Shown: positions 29,454 to 39,279, counted from the first letter of the stretch. The stretch is 64,000 nucleotides of DNA from a virus (IMGVR_UViG_3300021560_000018:6054-70053); one strand, 5' to 3'. Translations and numbers: made by a program. The notes: generated from the letters alone by a model not told the origin.

Positions 29454-29750
29454 ATGGCAGTTCGGATTGTGCTGTGGGCCGCGAACAGGGATGCCGATCG
29501 GATCAGTGAGCTGATCGCTTCCGATGCTCGTGGCAACAGCATCTTCATCAAGGAGTTTGCTGGCGACGCCGTCGAGGTGTTCTTCGCGAGAGAGGAAGTG
29601 CCTGGCGCCAGTGCCGAGCCTTCAACCCCCGAGACCCAGATGCCGCACTGCAAGGCTCACAGGAGACATCGGCCTACCTGCGCCATGTGCGTACGCGCGA
29701 AGGCATGGAAGGAGGGACAGAGAAATGCCAGAAATGGGGACGTGTCCTAG
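29454..29750 (+). CDS. Zn-finger protein
   Basis: 98 aa, CKAHRRHRPTCAMC. Confidence 0.45.
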   Translation: MAVRIVLWAANRDADRISELIASDARGNSIFIKEFAGDAVEVFFAREEVPGASAEPSTPETQMPHCKAHRRHRPTCAMCVRAKAWKEGQRNARNGDVS

Positions 29751-29865
29751 TGGTGGGGACCATGACTACCGCAGGCAAAGTTCAAGAGTTAGCAAAGGCA
29801 TCAGGTACGTGCTGTATGTCTGCAGCAAATGCCCTGCTAACTTCGAAGTGGCAGAGGGCGCATGA
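29725..29865 (+). CDS. small Zn-ribbon protein
   Basis: 46 aa, GGAGGG 9 nt upstream, CPSGG...CSKCP. Confidence 0.4.
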   Translation: MPEMGTCPSGGDHDYRRQSSRVSKGIRYVLYVCSKCPANFEVAEGA

Positions 29866-30152
29866 GCGGCGGTAGCTACAACTACCTGTGCTTCCGCGTC
29901 AAGCCGCTGGAGGAGCAGAGGGACCAGCTCGTGGCTATGGCCGAGCGGCTACAGCTATCCGGGTACTACCAGGCTGCCCGCGAGACGCGCAACGTGCTGC
30001 TGCTGGTCAACGCGGCCGAGTATGCGGCCAACAATCTGACCGACGTTTGGCAGGCTGTCGAATGGGCCGACTCAGGTGACTTCAGCGAGGAGCAGGTCAG
30101 AGAGGCAGTTAGAAAGCATGTCCCATGGCCACCAGAGCCGGAGGGAGCGTAA
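29862..30152 (+). CDS. hypothetical protein
   Basis: 96 aa. Confidence 0.45.
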   Translation: MSGGSYNYLCFRVKPLEEQRDQLVAMAERLQLSGYYQAARETRNVLLLVNAAEYAANNLTDVWQAVEWADSGDFSEEQVREAVRKHVPWPPEPEGA

Positions 30153-30153
30153 C

Positions 30154-30399
30154 ATGTTCCAGATTTACGTGCAGTGGCGCGAGGGGTATGGCCCTATGAA
30201 GCATGACGCCCATCCTGGCCTAGACATCGAGGACAGACAACTCATCGGAGACGGTGACCACTGGAGCCATGACTTGGGCGCAGCCTGCTTTGCCGCATCC
30301 TTCATGTCGGAATACAAACAAGTCGAGTGGGCTGAGATCCGCACCAGTGGCGGCAGAGCTGTGCGCCTCTACCGCGGAGGTCAGCGGGTGCCGAGTTAG
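30154..30399 (+). CDS. hypothetical protein
   Basis: 81 aa, RBS GGAGGGAG. Confidence 0.45.
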   Translation: MFQIYVQWREGYGPMKHDAHPGLDIEDRQLIGDGDHWSHDLGAACFAASFMSEYKQVEWAEIRTSGGRAVRLYRGGQRVPS

Positions 30400-30410
30400 A
30401 GCAATTCTTC

Positions 30411-30448
30411 CGTACCCCTAGCGCTACCGGCGTCGCTAGGGGTACGCT
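30411..30448 (+). terminator. 13-bp perfect hairpin overlapping a promoter-motif copy
   Basis: cgtacccctagcg / cgctaggggtacg with loop ctaccggcgt; also contains TAGCGC (30419..30424) N18 TACGCT (30443..30448). Confidence 0.4.
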
Positions 30449-30551
30449 TGCGTACGGGGAGGAGCTCCGAGCCTACGCGCTACCGGCCGTCGGCGCGGGT
30501 ACCCGCTACCCCTACCGGCCGGACGCGCCGGACCGATTCTGAGGAGGACGG

Positions 30552-30878
30552 ATGGCAGAGAACGAGGTCACGATTTACCTTACGATCACCACTGACAGGG
30601 AGACGGCCAAGGCCATACAGGATGTCATGGAGATCGACAGGAAGACCCCGCCGGACAAGCGAACAGCCGAGGTAGGCCTGTACTACTCGGACCGTCTCGA
30701 TTACACCAAGAGACTTACTCTGGTCCGAGTCGACCTACCGAACATCTGCGGCCATGTGGTGTGGCCGTACACCGAGGCCAATGTCTGTCTGCGAGACCCG
30801 CACGAGGCAGGACTTCACCTTGACAAGCGTGGGCGCGAGTTTGACGCTACGCATTATATGCCCAGGAGCAATCACTGA
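30552..30878 (+). CDS. hypothetical protein
   Basis: 108 aa, RBS GAGGAGGACGG. Confidence 0.5.
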   Translation: MAENEVTIYLTITTDRETAKAIQDVMEIDRKTPPDKRTAEVGLYYSDRLDYTKRLTLVRVDLPNICGHVVWPYTEANVCLRDPHEAGLHLDKRGREFDATHYMPRSNH

Positions 30879-31219
30879 TGACCAAGAGAAAGCAGAGTCC
30901 TGAACTACTGGCTAGCATTCTGAAGAGCGCCCTGGACCAGCGTGGCTACGACACCAGCGATCTGCGGGTGGATCTGGTCAGCAGACGCCCACTTGGTCAG
31001 GCTCACTCCCACAGGGTTCAGGAGCACTTCTTCCTGGTGCAGGGCGCAAGGACCCAGATCATCATATCAGCTCGTCGCGCGGATATGCGAGGCCCTCTGT
31101 ACCGACCTGAGCCCATTCAGGCAACAGGCGACCAGCCTGGCGAGAACGCCTACCACTTCGACGCCAGCGGGATCCCGATGTTCGACGAGTATCCGCCGGC
31201 AAGTACAAGGAGGTCCTAG
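30878..31219 (+). CDS. hypothetical protein
   Basis: 113 aa. Confidence 0.5.
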   Translation: MTKRKQSPELLASILKSALDQRGYDTSDLRVDLVSRRPLGQAHSHRVQEHFFLVQGARTQIIISARRADMRGPLYRPEPIQATGDQPGENAYHFDASGIPMFDEYPPASTRRS

Positions 31220-31548
31220 TGAAGACCAAGGAGCTTATGGCCCTAGTCCCGGACAGCGGAGCCGTGGTTCTCCTACAGTTCCCCTGGGGCGGGGTACGCG
31301 CACCCGACACAGTGACCGACCTGATCGGTACCAGCCCCATGGATGCCATCATCGAACAGAAGGCAAGCGGCAGCCCGGTGATCCGGGCCAACACGTTCAG
31401 GGAATACCTGGCGGAGTGCGACCCCGAGGGTGACGCACAGATGTACATCAGCCTCGAGGGTCGCGACAACTACTACGACGTGGGAAGGATCAAGGCGAAC
31501 AACAAGGTGGTCCGCATCTACGCCGGAGCCTGGCGCTGCGGTGGCTAG
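31219..31548 (+). CDS. hypothetical protein
   Basis: 109 aa. Confidence 0.5.
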   Translation: MKTKELMALVPDSGAVVLLQFPWGGVRAPDTVTDLIGTSPMDAIIEQKASGSPVIRANTFREYLAECDPEGDAQMYISLEGRDNYYDVGRIKANNKVVRIYAGAWRCGG

Positions 31549-32075
31549 GTGCGCTGCGCCCACTCGCTCCACAGCTTGTTACGGACGCTGGCTTTCTGCT
31601 TGGCTCGACGCAGGACCGTGATGGCATGCCGAACCGCATCGCGTTTGTGCGTTGAGCCGGGCACCCAGTAACCCCATAGCCGTAGTCGCTCGTCGGTGGC
31701 CGTACTCTTGGCTATCGTGCGGCCCTGGAAGTTGATGATGGAGTCTCCCATCAGACCCATGTGCTTGGCCATGCGGAGCATAGCCCCTATGCGCACAGGG
31801 CTATATACCTCAGGGTCTGTGAATGGAGCTCCGAAGTCAAATGCCTCTACTATCACCGCAGGTCCAATGCGGAAGTCCAGGTTCTGGATCTCGCGGGACT
31901 TCCGTGCGATCCAGGCAGCTTGCTCTTCCTCCTCGCCGGTGATCTCGCCGGTGTCCCACCATATCACCTCCGTATCCTCGTCGCCGAATATTGACATACG
32001 GGGTACGATGAAGATGGCCCAGCCTGTTGTTTTGCCTGGGTCGATGGCGAACACCTTGAGGTTCTTAGGAGGCAT
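31545..32075 (-). CDS. RuvC-like Holliday junction resolvase
   Basis: N-terminal VFAIDPGKTTGWAIF matches the RuvC IDPG catalytic Asp motif; C-terminal DAVRHAITV. The only minus-strand gene inside the plus block. Confidence 0.7.
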   Translation of the reverse strand: MPPKNLKVFAIDPGKTTGWAIFIVPRMSIFGDEDTEVIWWDTGEITGEEEEQAAWIARKSREIQNLDFRIGPAVIVEAFDFGAPFTDPEVYSPVRIGAMLRMAKHMGLMGDSIINFQGRTIAKSTATDERLRLWGYWVPGSTHKRDAVRHAITVLRRAKQKASVRNKLWSEWAQRT

Positions 32076-32358
32076 CGTTGCACCTTACATAGCCGACTAT
32101 TGTCTCTACTGACCGGAGTATCTCCGGCAGGGTAATGACCGTGCAATCATCAGATTCAGGACAGCGCCATTCCGCTTCCTTCTGTCTGAAGACAAGCGGA
32201 ATATGGTGGGTGTGGCACTGCAGATCTCGCACGTATTAACCTTTCTGTTTTTCTCGGAAGCGGTAGCGTCACCGGCCGGAACGCGGTAAGCTTACCGTAC
32301 GCGCTATTGCGCAATACAGCCCCGCTGTTCTCTGCCCGATGGGAGGGGTACAACACCT

Positions 32359-34509
32359 ATGAGTATAGCGCGCGAGCGGCCGTCCCGCTCGGCGAATGAC
32401 GATAATGCTAGCGAGAGAATTAACGCTGCTCTTACGCAGGCTCGCCAGCTTATCCGTTACGGCGTGCCTGTTTTCCCTGCACGAGTTGACGAAGACGGCG
32501 ACCCAGACGTTGATGACCTACGATGGAGCAGATGGCAGAAGTACCCGGCTGACCTAGACGTGCTGGCAGGCTACAAGCGAGGGGACGCCCTGGCTGCGGT
32601 ATGTGGCATAACTTTCGACGTAATCGATATTGATCCGCGGAATGGCGGGAAATTCTCCTTCAACCGCATGTCCGAAGAGCTAGGTGACTTCGGACCTGAG
32701 ACGTACGGCATGGTTAAGACGCCGTCGGGCGGCGTCCATATCTACATCGCAGCACTAGGCATAGGCAGCCATAACAACGTGCTGCCAGGTGTGGACCTCA
32801 AGGGAGGCAATCCAGATGGCACAGGTCGTGGGTTCGTATTCCTCCCTCCAACCATACGTCCTGTAAAGGGCCTGGACGGCGACGGCGGGGTGATATCCGG
32901 CTCTGACGTCGACGGTGTGCGCCTAGGCACATACCGATGGACGCAGCCGGTCAAAAAACCCGGTGGTGACTCCAACATTGAGGAGATCACCTCTTACATC
33001 ATGGCGGCTATATCCTCTCGAACCAGAGGATCCGGCACGCGACGCGAAGACCCTGATAAACTCCGTCAGGAGTGTATTGATGCTCCTGCCGGCGGCCAGA
33101 GAGCTGCACTTCTCCTCTACGTCCACGAGCTGGAGCGCAAGGGGTATGAACGCAAGGACATCCTGGTACTCCTACGCTCTCTCGCAGGTGAGATGTCGGT
33201 CTATGATCGCCGTCGTCCCTGGTATCCAGCGCACGGGAATCCCGACAGAGAGCTACTGACCCTGCTACACCGGCCGGGAGCCGTCATTCCGGACGCTAGC
33301 CCCGACGAGGAGAAGATCCTGCGGGGCATCAGCCGTTCAGGACCGTCGGTAGCCAAGGTCATCCAACATGACCTGACGTCCTTTGCCGACGTTGAGCGCC
33401 AGCTGACTGAGTGGCTGTGGTCCAGGTGGCTAGCAGTAGGCGACATCACTATGCTAGACGGTGACGCCGGTACAGCCAAGTCACAGATCACCCTGGATCT
33501 CGCGGCTCGGCTGACTCGCGGTGACGAGATGCCGGACGGCAGCCCGGTCAACGGAGGGCCAGGGAATGTACTACTGCTGGCTCCGGAGGACAGCGATAGC
33601 GTTACGGCCGGTAGACTCGAGGCCGCCAATGCCGACGTGCGTAGCGTATTCCGGCCAGCCCTAGTACTGCGAAAGGAGAAGGGCGAGAAGAATCCAAAGG
33701 CATACTCGGGTGGGCATATCATGAGCTTCCCGCTTGCGACCGACAAGGTTCGGCAATGGGTACTAACTTACGGTATACGCCTGCTTATCGTAGACCCAAT
33801 CACCGCATTCCTAGACGAGAAGGTCAACAGCAATAATGACGCCTCGGTACGAAGTGCACTGGCACCACTAAGCGCAATGCTCCACGAGGTAGGCTGCGCA
33901 TCAATATTCATTAGACACTTCAACAAGAACACGGAGCTGTCTGCTGCACACCGTGGCGGCGGCTCGGTAGCCTTTGGAGCTGTTAGCCGGGTACAGGTAG
34001 TTGCCGGTGAGGTGCCCGAGGAGGCTAGGGGCAACCTACCGGAGAACATATCCGGCAAGGTGTACGGTATCGCTCAGGTCAAAAATAACCACCTGAAGCG
34101 TAGGCCTGATGAGGTACTAGCCTACGTGGTAGAAGATTCGGATATTGTCGCGGACACCGACGGTAACATGGCTCCGCGCATCAGGTGGCTCGGGGCCATA
34201 TCCCTAAAGGCTGATGACCTAGCTTCGCCGCCGAGCAAGCGGCGTGGACCCAGCCCAATGGTTCAGGAGGAGATCGTGTCCGTCCTGTCAGAGATGTTCT
34301 CGCGTATCGGCAAGTGGGATTCCACAGACGCCCTGGCAGAGCTCCGAAATGCGGGGGTTACAGCCAACCGCGAGACTATCGCCAAGGCCCGCAACCGTAT
34401 GGGAGTGGTAGCCAAGCCGCGGTATGCAAAGGGGCACGCTGGTGTAGCCGGATGGGACTGGGTGGTTCCTGGTAAAGAAAAAGCTACGCGGGATTCGGAG
34501 AAGGACTAG
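32359..34509 (+). CDS. bifunctional primase-polymerase (PrimPol) fused to AAA_25/DnaB-like helicase ATPase
   Basis: N-terminal prim-pol signatures (VPVFP, DVIDIDP, GGVHIYI, GFVFLPPT); central P-loop DGDAGTAKSQITLDLAA with RecA-like core; 716 aa. Confidence 0.8.
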   Translation: MSIARERPSRSANDDNASERINAALTQARQLIRYGVPVFPARVDEDGDPDVDDLRWSRWQKYPADLDVLAGYKRGDALAAVCGITFDVIDIDPRNGGKFSFNRMSEELGDFGPETYGMVKTPSGGVHIYIAALGIGSHNNVLPGVDLKGGNPDGTGRGFVFLPPTIRPVKGLDGDGGVISGSDVDGVRLGTYRWTQPVKKPGGDSNIEEITSYIMAAISSRTRGSGTRREDPDKLRQECIDAPAGGQRAALLLYVHELERKGYERKDILVLLRSLAGEMSVYDRRRPWYPAHGNPDRELLTLLHRPGAVIPDASPDEEKILRGISRSGPSVAKVIQHDLTSFADVERQLTEWLWSRWLAVGDITMLDGDAGTAKSQITLDLAARLTRGDEMPDGSPVNGGPGNVLLLAPEDSDSVTAGRLEAANADVRSVFRPALVLRKEKGEKNPKAYSGGHIMSFPLATDKVRQWVLTYGIRLLIVDPITAFLDEKVNSNNDASVRSALAPLSAMLHEVGCASIFIRHFNKNTELSAAHRGGGSVAFGAVSRVQVVAGEVPEEARGNLPENISGKVYGIAQVKNNHLKRRPDEVLAYVVEDSDIVADTDGNMAPRIRWLGAISLKADDLASPPSKRRGPSPMVQEEIVSVLSEMFSRIGKWDSTDALAELRNAGVTANRETIAKARNRMGVVAKPRYAKGHAGVAGWDWVVPGKEKATRDSEKD

Positions 34510-34535
34510 CGCTCAGCTGCCATATAAGGTAGGAT
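34507..34535 (+). promoter_or_regulatory. promoter candidate TAGCGC-N17-TAGGAT
   Basis: TAGCGCTCAGCT...TAGGAT; shares a 12-mer with the 36299 copy. Confidence 0.4.
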
Positions 34536-34563
34536 AGACGGTAGCGACCTAGAGGAGGAAGCG

Positions 34564-34734
34564 ATGGCAAACCAGAACTTCAGCGTCAAGTGGACGCTGG
34601 CTGAGGCGAACACCGTCAAGGCTGCCCTGCGGGATAAGATGGACCGCATTCTGCAGTCATCTCTCAGAGACATGTCTGATGACGAGAAGGAAGAGGCCGG
34701 TCGCATCGAGACCATGCTGAGGAGGGACTTCTGA
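34564..34734 (+). CDS. small hypothetical protein
   Basis: 56 aa, RBS GAGGAGGAAG. Confidence 0.4.
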   Translation: MANQNFSVKWTLAEANTVKAALRDKMDRILQSSLRDMSDDEKEEAGRIETMLRRDF

Positions 34735-35783
34735 TGGCAGAACAAGACGAACGAGTCCTTGGCGATCACGCTAGCCTGGACAGGATCATGGAGAAGGTTC
34801 GCAAGCTGGTGACCATCGCCGAACATCCGAGCACTTCGCCCGAGGAGGCCAGGGCTGCCCGAGCCAAGGCCGACGGCCTGATGCTGGCCTACGCGATCCG
34901 CGAGATCACCGAGGACAAGGGCAAGCCGCTCGACCAGCGCGCTAAGCCGACCATGATCAGGGTGGCGGTCGCCAACACCGAATTCGAGCACCTGGCCTAC
35001 GTCGAGCTACTTCTGGGCGACGTGGCCCGGCACTGCCGATGCAAAGTGCGGTACTACTCGGATATGACCGACGATGTCTGGTACGCCAGGGTCTACGGCT
35101 TCGAGTCCGACGTCAGGTACTTTGAGCACCTGTACACAACCCTCCGGCTCCACATGCTCGACGTGTTCCTGCCACGCGTCGACCCGAGCCAGTCTCTTGA
35201 GGAGAACTGCTACCGACTTCACAGCGCCGGCCACAACTGGCTCGAGATCGCACACATGTACGGCTGGCGGAAGATGGGCACCCGCTGGAACTCTACCAAA
35301 CACAAGGACGAGGAGATCTGGCGCAACAAGCACTCCGATGAGGAGCGCACGAACTTCCATGTAGGCGGCATCTACAAACGCGCTTACCTCAAGGGTGCGG
35401 CCGCACACGGCGAGAGCCACAAGAAGATCTCGGCTGGCGGCTCAGCCACCTACCGGCGTAGCGCGGCCCAGGGCTATGTCGACCGCATCCAAAAGCGGCT
35501 GTACGAGATCGAGAGTGGTCGGCATGCTGGGGCCGAGGTCGAGCTGCGTAGCCGGTACGAGGACCTGCAGGAGTTCTTCTTCCAGGAGAACCCCGACCTA
35601 CGTCCCAGGCCGCCCAAGCCTGTCGACCCGAACGCGCCTGCTCCCAAGGCCGTCAAGGTCCGCATGCGCAAGTACACGCCGCCACCCTTCAACGGCGAGG
35701 CCTACGCCCACGGCGTCCGGGTGGCCAACACCGCAAACCTCAACACCAACGTCGGCGGTACGCCGCGGAAGGAAGTTCAGTGA
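34734..35783 (+). CDS. DUF2786-like domain protein
   Basis: N-terminal KVRKLVTIAEHPSTSPEEARAARAKADGLMLAY resembles the DUF2786 motif; 349 aa. Confidence 0.5.
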   Translation: MAEQDERVLGDHASLDRIMEKVRKLVTIAEHPSTSPEEARAARAKADGLMLAYAIREITEDKGKPLDQRAKPTMIRVAVANTEFEHLAYVELLLGDVARHCRCKVRYYSDMTDDVWYARVYGFESDVRYFEHLYTTLRLHMLDVFLPRVDPSQSLEENCYRLHSAGHNWLEIAHMYGWRKMGTRWNSTKHKDEEIWRNKHSDEERTNFHVGGIYKRAYLKGAAAHGESHKKISAGGSATYRRSAAQGYVDRIQKRLYEIESGRHAGAEVELRSRYEDLQEFFFQENPDLRPRPPKPVDPNAPAPKAVKVRMRKYTPPPFNGEAYAHGVRVANTANLNTNVGGTPRKEVQ

Positions 35784-36295
35784 ACCGAGCCAAGACGCTA
35801 CGCCCACCTGCGGGCGGCTACGAGTGGATGGTTGCCCGCAGGCGTCGTAAGGTACAGATCACTGTACGGCAGGAGTACAACCGACAGAGGAACGCGGCGG
35901 CCAGGGAAGCCAGCGAGGCCCAGTTTGCCGAGGTTACCCGCAGGCTTGAAGCCGCAGCCGTCGAGCTCCAGTCTAAGCTGGCGTCTGGAGAGATCACCCC
36001 TACCAAGGCCCAGGCTGCACTCATCGACAGCCTCCCCGATGCCGAGGTGAATCTTTCAGGTACTCTTCACGACCTGAACATGCCCCACAACATCCTGACC
36101 GGAGAGTGCCCTCCTAATTGCCCTGCCAATGAGGCCGAGGCTCAGACTGGTCGTTGCAAGTGTGGTCGCTCGCTGGCCAAGAACGACTCCGGCACTTGCT
36201 GCGTTTCCTGCAAGCGCGGTTTCGACACCAGGCGCGGTTACCTACACACAGTCTACTGCGACCAGCGCGCTCGGCACGAAAGCGATCGCGCGTAG
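35780..36295 (+). CDS. Cys-rich hypothetical protein
   Basis: 171 aa, CPPNCP...CKCGRS...CCVSCKRG. Confidence 0.45.
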   Translation: MNRAKTLRPPAGGYEWMVARRRRKVQITVRQEYNRQRNAAAREASEAQFAEVTRRLEAAAVELQSKLASGEITPTKAQAALIDSLPDAEVNLSGTLHDLNMPHNILTGECPPNCPANEAEAQTGRCKCGRSLAKNDSGTCCVSCKRGFDTRRGYLHTVYCDQRARHESDRA

Positions 36296-36298
36296 GGG

Positions 36299-36327
36299 TA
36301 GCGCTCAGCTCGTCGATGGAGTAGAAT
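36299..36327 (+). promoter_or_regulatory. promoter candidate TAGCGC-N17-TAGAAT
   Basis: ggggTAGCGCTCAGCTcgtcgatggagTAGAAT. Confidence 0.4.
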
Positions 36328-36365
36328 AGGGGTACCGGCTAAAGCCGCGCAGAGGAGGAGCCAAG

Positions 36366-37139
36366 ATGATTAGCTGTGGGCATTGTCACGAGAAGCACGA
36401 GACTGTTGCTGATGTGAAGAAGTGCTCTCTCGGAGACAATCCAACCCCGGAAGCACCCAGGCTGAAGCTCAGCATCGCAAACCCGCTTACCACCAAGCCC
36501 GATGGTGGCCGCGGGCAGTACGAGTTGCTTCAGATACTCCTTGCGGAGCGAGGCATGACGCTACTTCCTCCCTATCCGCAGGCCGCTCAGCGGATCAGCC
36601 GTGACGAGGCCAAGGAGATGATCAACGACCTGATCAAGAACCACACTGTAAAGCTACCAGATGTGCCTGAGGGGCACTACGCCATCCCGAGCCTGACCGG
36701 CAACAACGACTACGACTTCTTCAAGTTCTACGAGTACAACGGCAACATGCACCTGAAGCGCGTGGTCGGTGGTCATCCTGATATGAAGGTCTATCGGAAC
36801 CAGGTCGTCGGTATCCTGAAGGCCATCCTGGAGTACGGTCCCGAGAAAGCTGGCAAGCTGTACGCACAGGAGACGAACAACTGCTGGAAGTGCAACTCGC
36901 ACCTCACGAAGTACGCGAGCCGCCAGCTAAGCATCGGCCCGGACTGCGCCGAGGTGCTAGGCCAGCTAGATGAGTGGATGCGGCTCCAGTCAGAGTGGGA
37001 AGCCGCGCAGAGGAGGAGCGATGTTCCACACAGGAAGACTGACCAGGGAGAGCAAAGGCAGGTACCAAAGGCTCGCAGATCTCCTGGGTCCTGCCGGCCA
37101 GCCCGCGCTACTCGAGTTGCTGGAAGAGGTGTGGGCTGA
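36366..37139 (+). CDS. Zn-finger protein with DUF6011-like C...GPDC motif (3' end uncertain)
   Basis: N-terminal CGHCHEKH, later WKCNSHLTKYASRQLSIGPDCAEVLG; the tail overlaps the next gene. Confidence 0.45.
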   Translation: MISCGHCHEKHETVADVKKCSLGDNPTPEAPRLKLSIANPLTTKPDGGRGQYELLQILLAERGMTLLPPYPQAAQRISRDEAKEMINDLIKNHTVKLPDVPEGHYAIPSLTGNNDYDFFKFYEYNGNMHLKRVVGGHPDMKVYRNQVVGILKAILEYGPEKAGKLYAQETNNCWKCNSHLTKYASRQLSIGPDCAEVLGQLDEWMRLQSEWEAAQRRSDVPHRKTDQGEQRQVPKARRSPGSCRPARATRVAGRGVG

Positions 37140-37257
37140 TGGCTACGAGGAAGGGCGCGAAGACGAGCACAACGACGACGACTTCGCCCTCCCCGGCGGA
37201 CCAAGGATCGTCTTCGAGCCTATCCCGCCTGGCGAGCTACCAGAGGTACAACGATAG
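37020..37257 (+). CDS. hypothetical acidic protein
   Basis: ATG 37020 with GAGGAGGAG upstream; 79 aa. Confidence 0.4.
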
Positions 37258-37444
37258 CCCGAAGGGCAGGGCAAGACGCGAAAGGTACGAGGTCGCTAAT
37301 CCCGAGCGGGCAACACGCTGGTCGCCAATCATGGTGATCAAGGGTCGAGACAGGAACGGAGCCATCTAGGCTTTCCCGGTAGGATAAGTAGGGAATTGAT
37401 CTGGACCACTTCTTTCCCTTTCACAGAAATCGGAGGCATCCGAA

Positions 37445-37732
37445 ATGGAAATGGTTCGCAAGCCAATTCCACCTCGCAAGAACTTCGCCAGGGCTATTGC
37501 GGAGATCCGACGTGGCATACGCGAGGCGAACGTTGCATACGACAGGCTGGTCATGTACACGACCGCGGAGGAGCGTGACAAGCACCGCTCTGAAGTGTAC
37601 GCTGCCCTTGAGCGGGCGCAGCACGCCGCGTTCGACGCCAAGGACCTGTTCGGCTTCGACACTGAACCGCCGCCCATGGCCGAGAACATTCACCGTGGAC
37701 GCATTAGCGTAGCGCAGGAACTCAACCGATGA
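37445..37732 (+). CDS. hypothetical protein
   Basis: 95 aa, GGAGG upstream. Confidence 0.45.
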   Translation: MEMVRKPIPPRKNFARAIAEIRRGIREANVAYDRLVMYTTAEERDKHRSEVYAALERAQHAAFDAKDLFGFDTEPPPMAENIHRGRISVAQELNR

Positions 37733-38004
37733 GCAAGATGTTCGTCATCGCCATCGACGACGACCAGCAGGCCATGGCCTTTCTGCGTTCAGTGCAGAAC
37801 AACAAGTTCATCGGGTATCGTACGCAAGTTGGGGACCGAGTGGGGATGGTTCGAGCTCCGGTCCTCTTCATGTACCTCACCGACACAGAGGGGAAGTGCA
37901 CCGAACATGCCGTTCCCGATGCCGAAGAGGATCCTGGTATGGATGCCCCGTCGGTTCAACGTCGTCCTGATCATAAGCGACGGAGAACAGTACGTCGTAC
38001 ATGA
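37729..38004 (+). CDS. hypothetical protein (possible 5' part of a frameshifted gene)
   Basis: Good N-terminal composition; the C-terminal third is Arg-rich and overlaps 37906..38224. Confidence 0.35.
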   Translation: MSKMFVIAIDDDQQAMAFLRSVQNNKFIGYRTQVGDRVGMVRAPVLFMYLTDTEGKCTEHAVPDAEEDPGMDAPSVQRRPDHKRRRTVRRT

Positions 38005-38224
38005 GTACGACAAGAATGGGATGAGGGACAAGCGCGGCTCGCTCGTGCAAGCCCTTGACGATATGGAAGAGGAGCTTCGCCTCAACCATGAGAGCCAAGA
38101 CCGGCTCAGGAATGCAATTAGGAGGGTCGATGAGTATCGACACGGAGGTCCAAGTGATCAACAGAAGCCAGATGATCAACGTCCCGGTGGACTTTCTCCA
38201 CCCGAACCCGGACAACCCGCGTAG
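37906..38224 (+). CDS. hypothetical protein (possible 3' part of a frameshifted gene)
   Basis: MPFPMPKRILVWMPRRFNVVLIISDGEQYVVHEYD...; overlaps neighbours on both sides. Confidence 0.3.
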
Positions 38225-39008
38225 CGAGGCGGGTGACGTCACTGAGCTGGCTCGCTCCATCAGAGAGGAGGGTCTCAAACAGCCGCTCCTCGTTATCCCG
38301 GCCACGCTACAGTTTGGCTCCGGCCACTTCATGATCGAGGACGGATACCGACGCTGGGTCGCGGCCAAGACCGTCGTCCGCGGAGTCAAGTGCATCGTCA
38401 ACTACCCGCTGCCCGAGGAGGACCTGACGCAGCGGGAGTTGTTCATGGCGCTCACAACCTCCGAGCACAGCGAGCCGCTCACTCCCATGGAGCGCGCCAA
38501 GGCATATGGCAGGCTGCGGGATGAGTGCCATCTGAACCAGGGGCAGATCGCGAAGCGACTCGGGCTGACCGGCGGGACCATTAGCAGGTACCTATCCCTG
38601 CTGGAGCTCGACGAGAAGACGCAAGCCAATGTGGCTGCTGGCCGACTGGGGGTCGAGCGAGCCATCGACGCCGTCAAGCACAGCCGCGCCAAGACTCGCA
38701 AGAAGGACGGACACAAGCCGGTCAGTGTCGGCTGGGAGCCGGATGCCTTCAACGACAAGCACCCACTTGCGAAGAGGGCCAAGATCGTCTGTGACGCCCG
38801 CGACCACAGCGGTCGTCGTAGGTTCGCAGGAGCCTGCCACGCCTGCTGGGAGACGGTCATTAGGCAGGACCAGTACACCGTGGTCGTCGCTGAGCTGAAG
38901 GCGTCCATGCCTGAGCTGCAGATCCCATTCATCCCGCCCACTAAGGGTCCTACTCTCGACACGACGGTACCCCTAACGACCCCGCTCCGCGCGAACGGTA
39001 GCGCGTAG
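38130..39008 (+). CDS. ParB-like nuclease/partition protein
   Basis: ParB box VDFLHPNPDNPR, HTH QGQIAKRLGLTGGTISRYLSLLEL, C-terminal Cys pairs; AGGAGGG RBS. Alternative start at 38172. Confidence 0.75.
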   Translation: MSIDTEVQVINRSQMINVPVDFLHPNPDNPRSEAGDVTELARSIREEGLKQPLLVIPATLQFGSGHFMIEDGYRRWVAAKTVVRGVKCIVNYPLPEEDLTQRELFMALTTSEHSEPLTPMERAKAYGRLRDECHLNQGQIAKRLGLTGGTISRYLSLLELDEKTQANVAAGRLGVERAIDAVKHSRAKTRKKDGHKPVSVGWEPDAFNDKHPLAKRAKIVCDARDHSGRRRFAGACHACWETVIRQDQYTVVVAELKASMPELQIPFIPPTKGPTLDTTVPLTTPLRANGSA

Positions 39009-39011
39009 GGG

Positions 39012-39041
39012 TAGCGTTACCGGCCGTGCATAGGGTAGGAT
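39012..39041 (+). promoter_or_regulatory. promoter candidate TAGCGT-N18-TAGGAT
   Basis: ggggTAGCGTTACCGGCCGtgcatagggTAGGAT. Confidence 0.4.
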
Positions 39042-39048
39042 AGGGGTC

Positions 39049-39279
39049 ATGCCCGAGAAGAACCGGCATTACTGTGGCTCATGCGACGAGGTACATGGTT
39101 GCCACTGCAAGTTCATACAGTGCGCGCGTTGCCGGGTGTTTGACTGCCCGGTAACACACCGCTGTGCTCCGACCGGGTACGGTCAGCAGACGATCCTGAA
39201 CCTGGGCGTCGGCCACCGTACCCGGTCTGAAGAATCACCGCGCTTCGGCGCAACCGATTACGCAGAGGACTGGTCATAA
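39049..39279 (+). CDS. Cys-rich small protein
   Basis: 76 aa with about 10 Cys (CGSCDEVHGCHCKFIQCARCRVFDC). Confidence 0.45.
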   Translation: MPEKNRHYCGSCDEVHGCHCKFIQCARCRVFDCPVTHRCAPTGYGQQTILNLGVGHRTRSEESPRFGATDYAEDWS

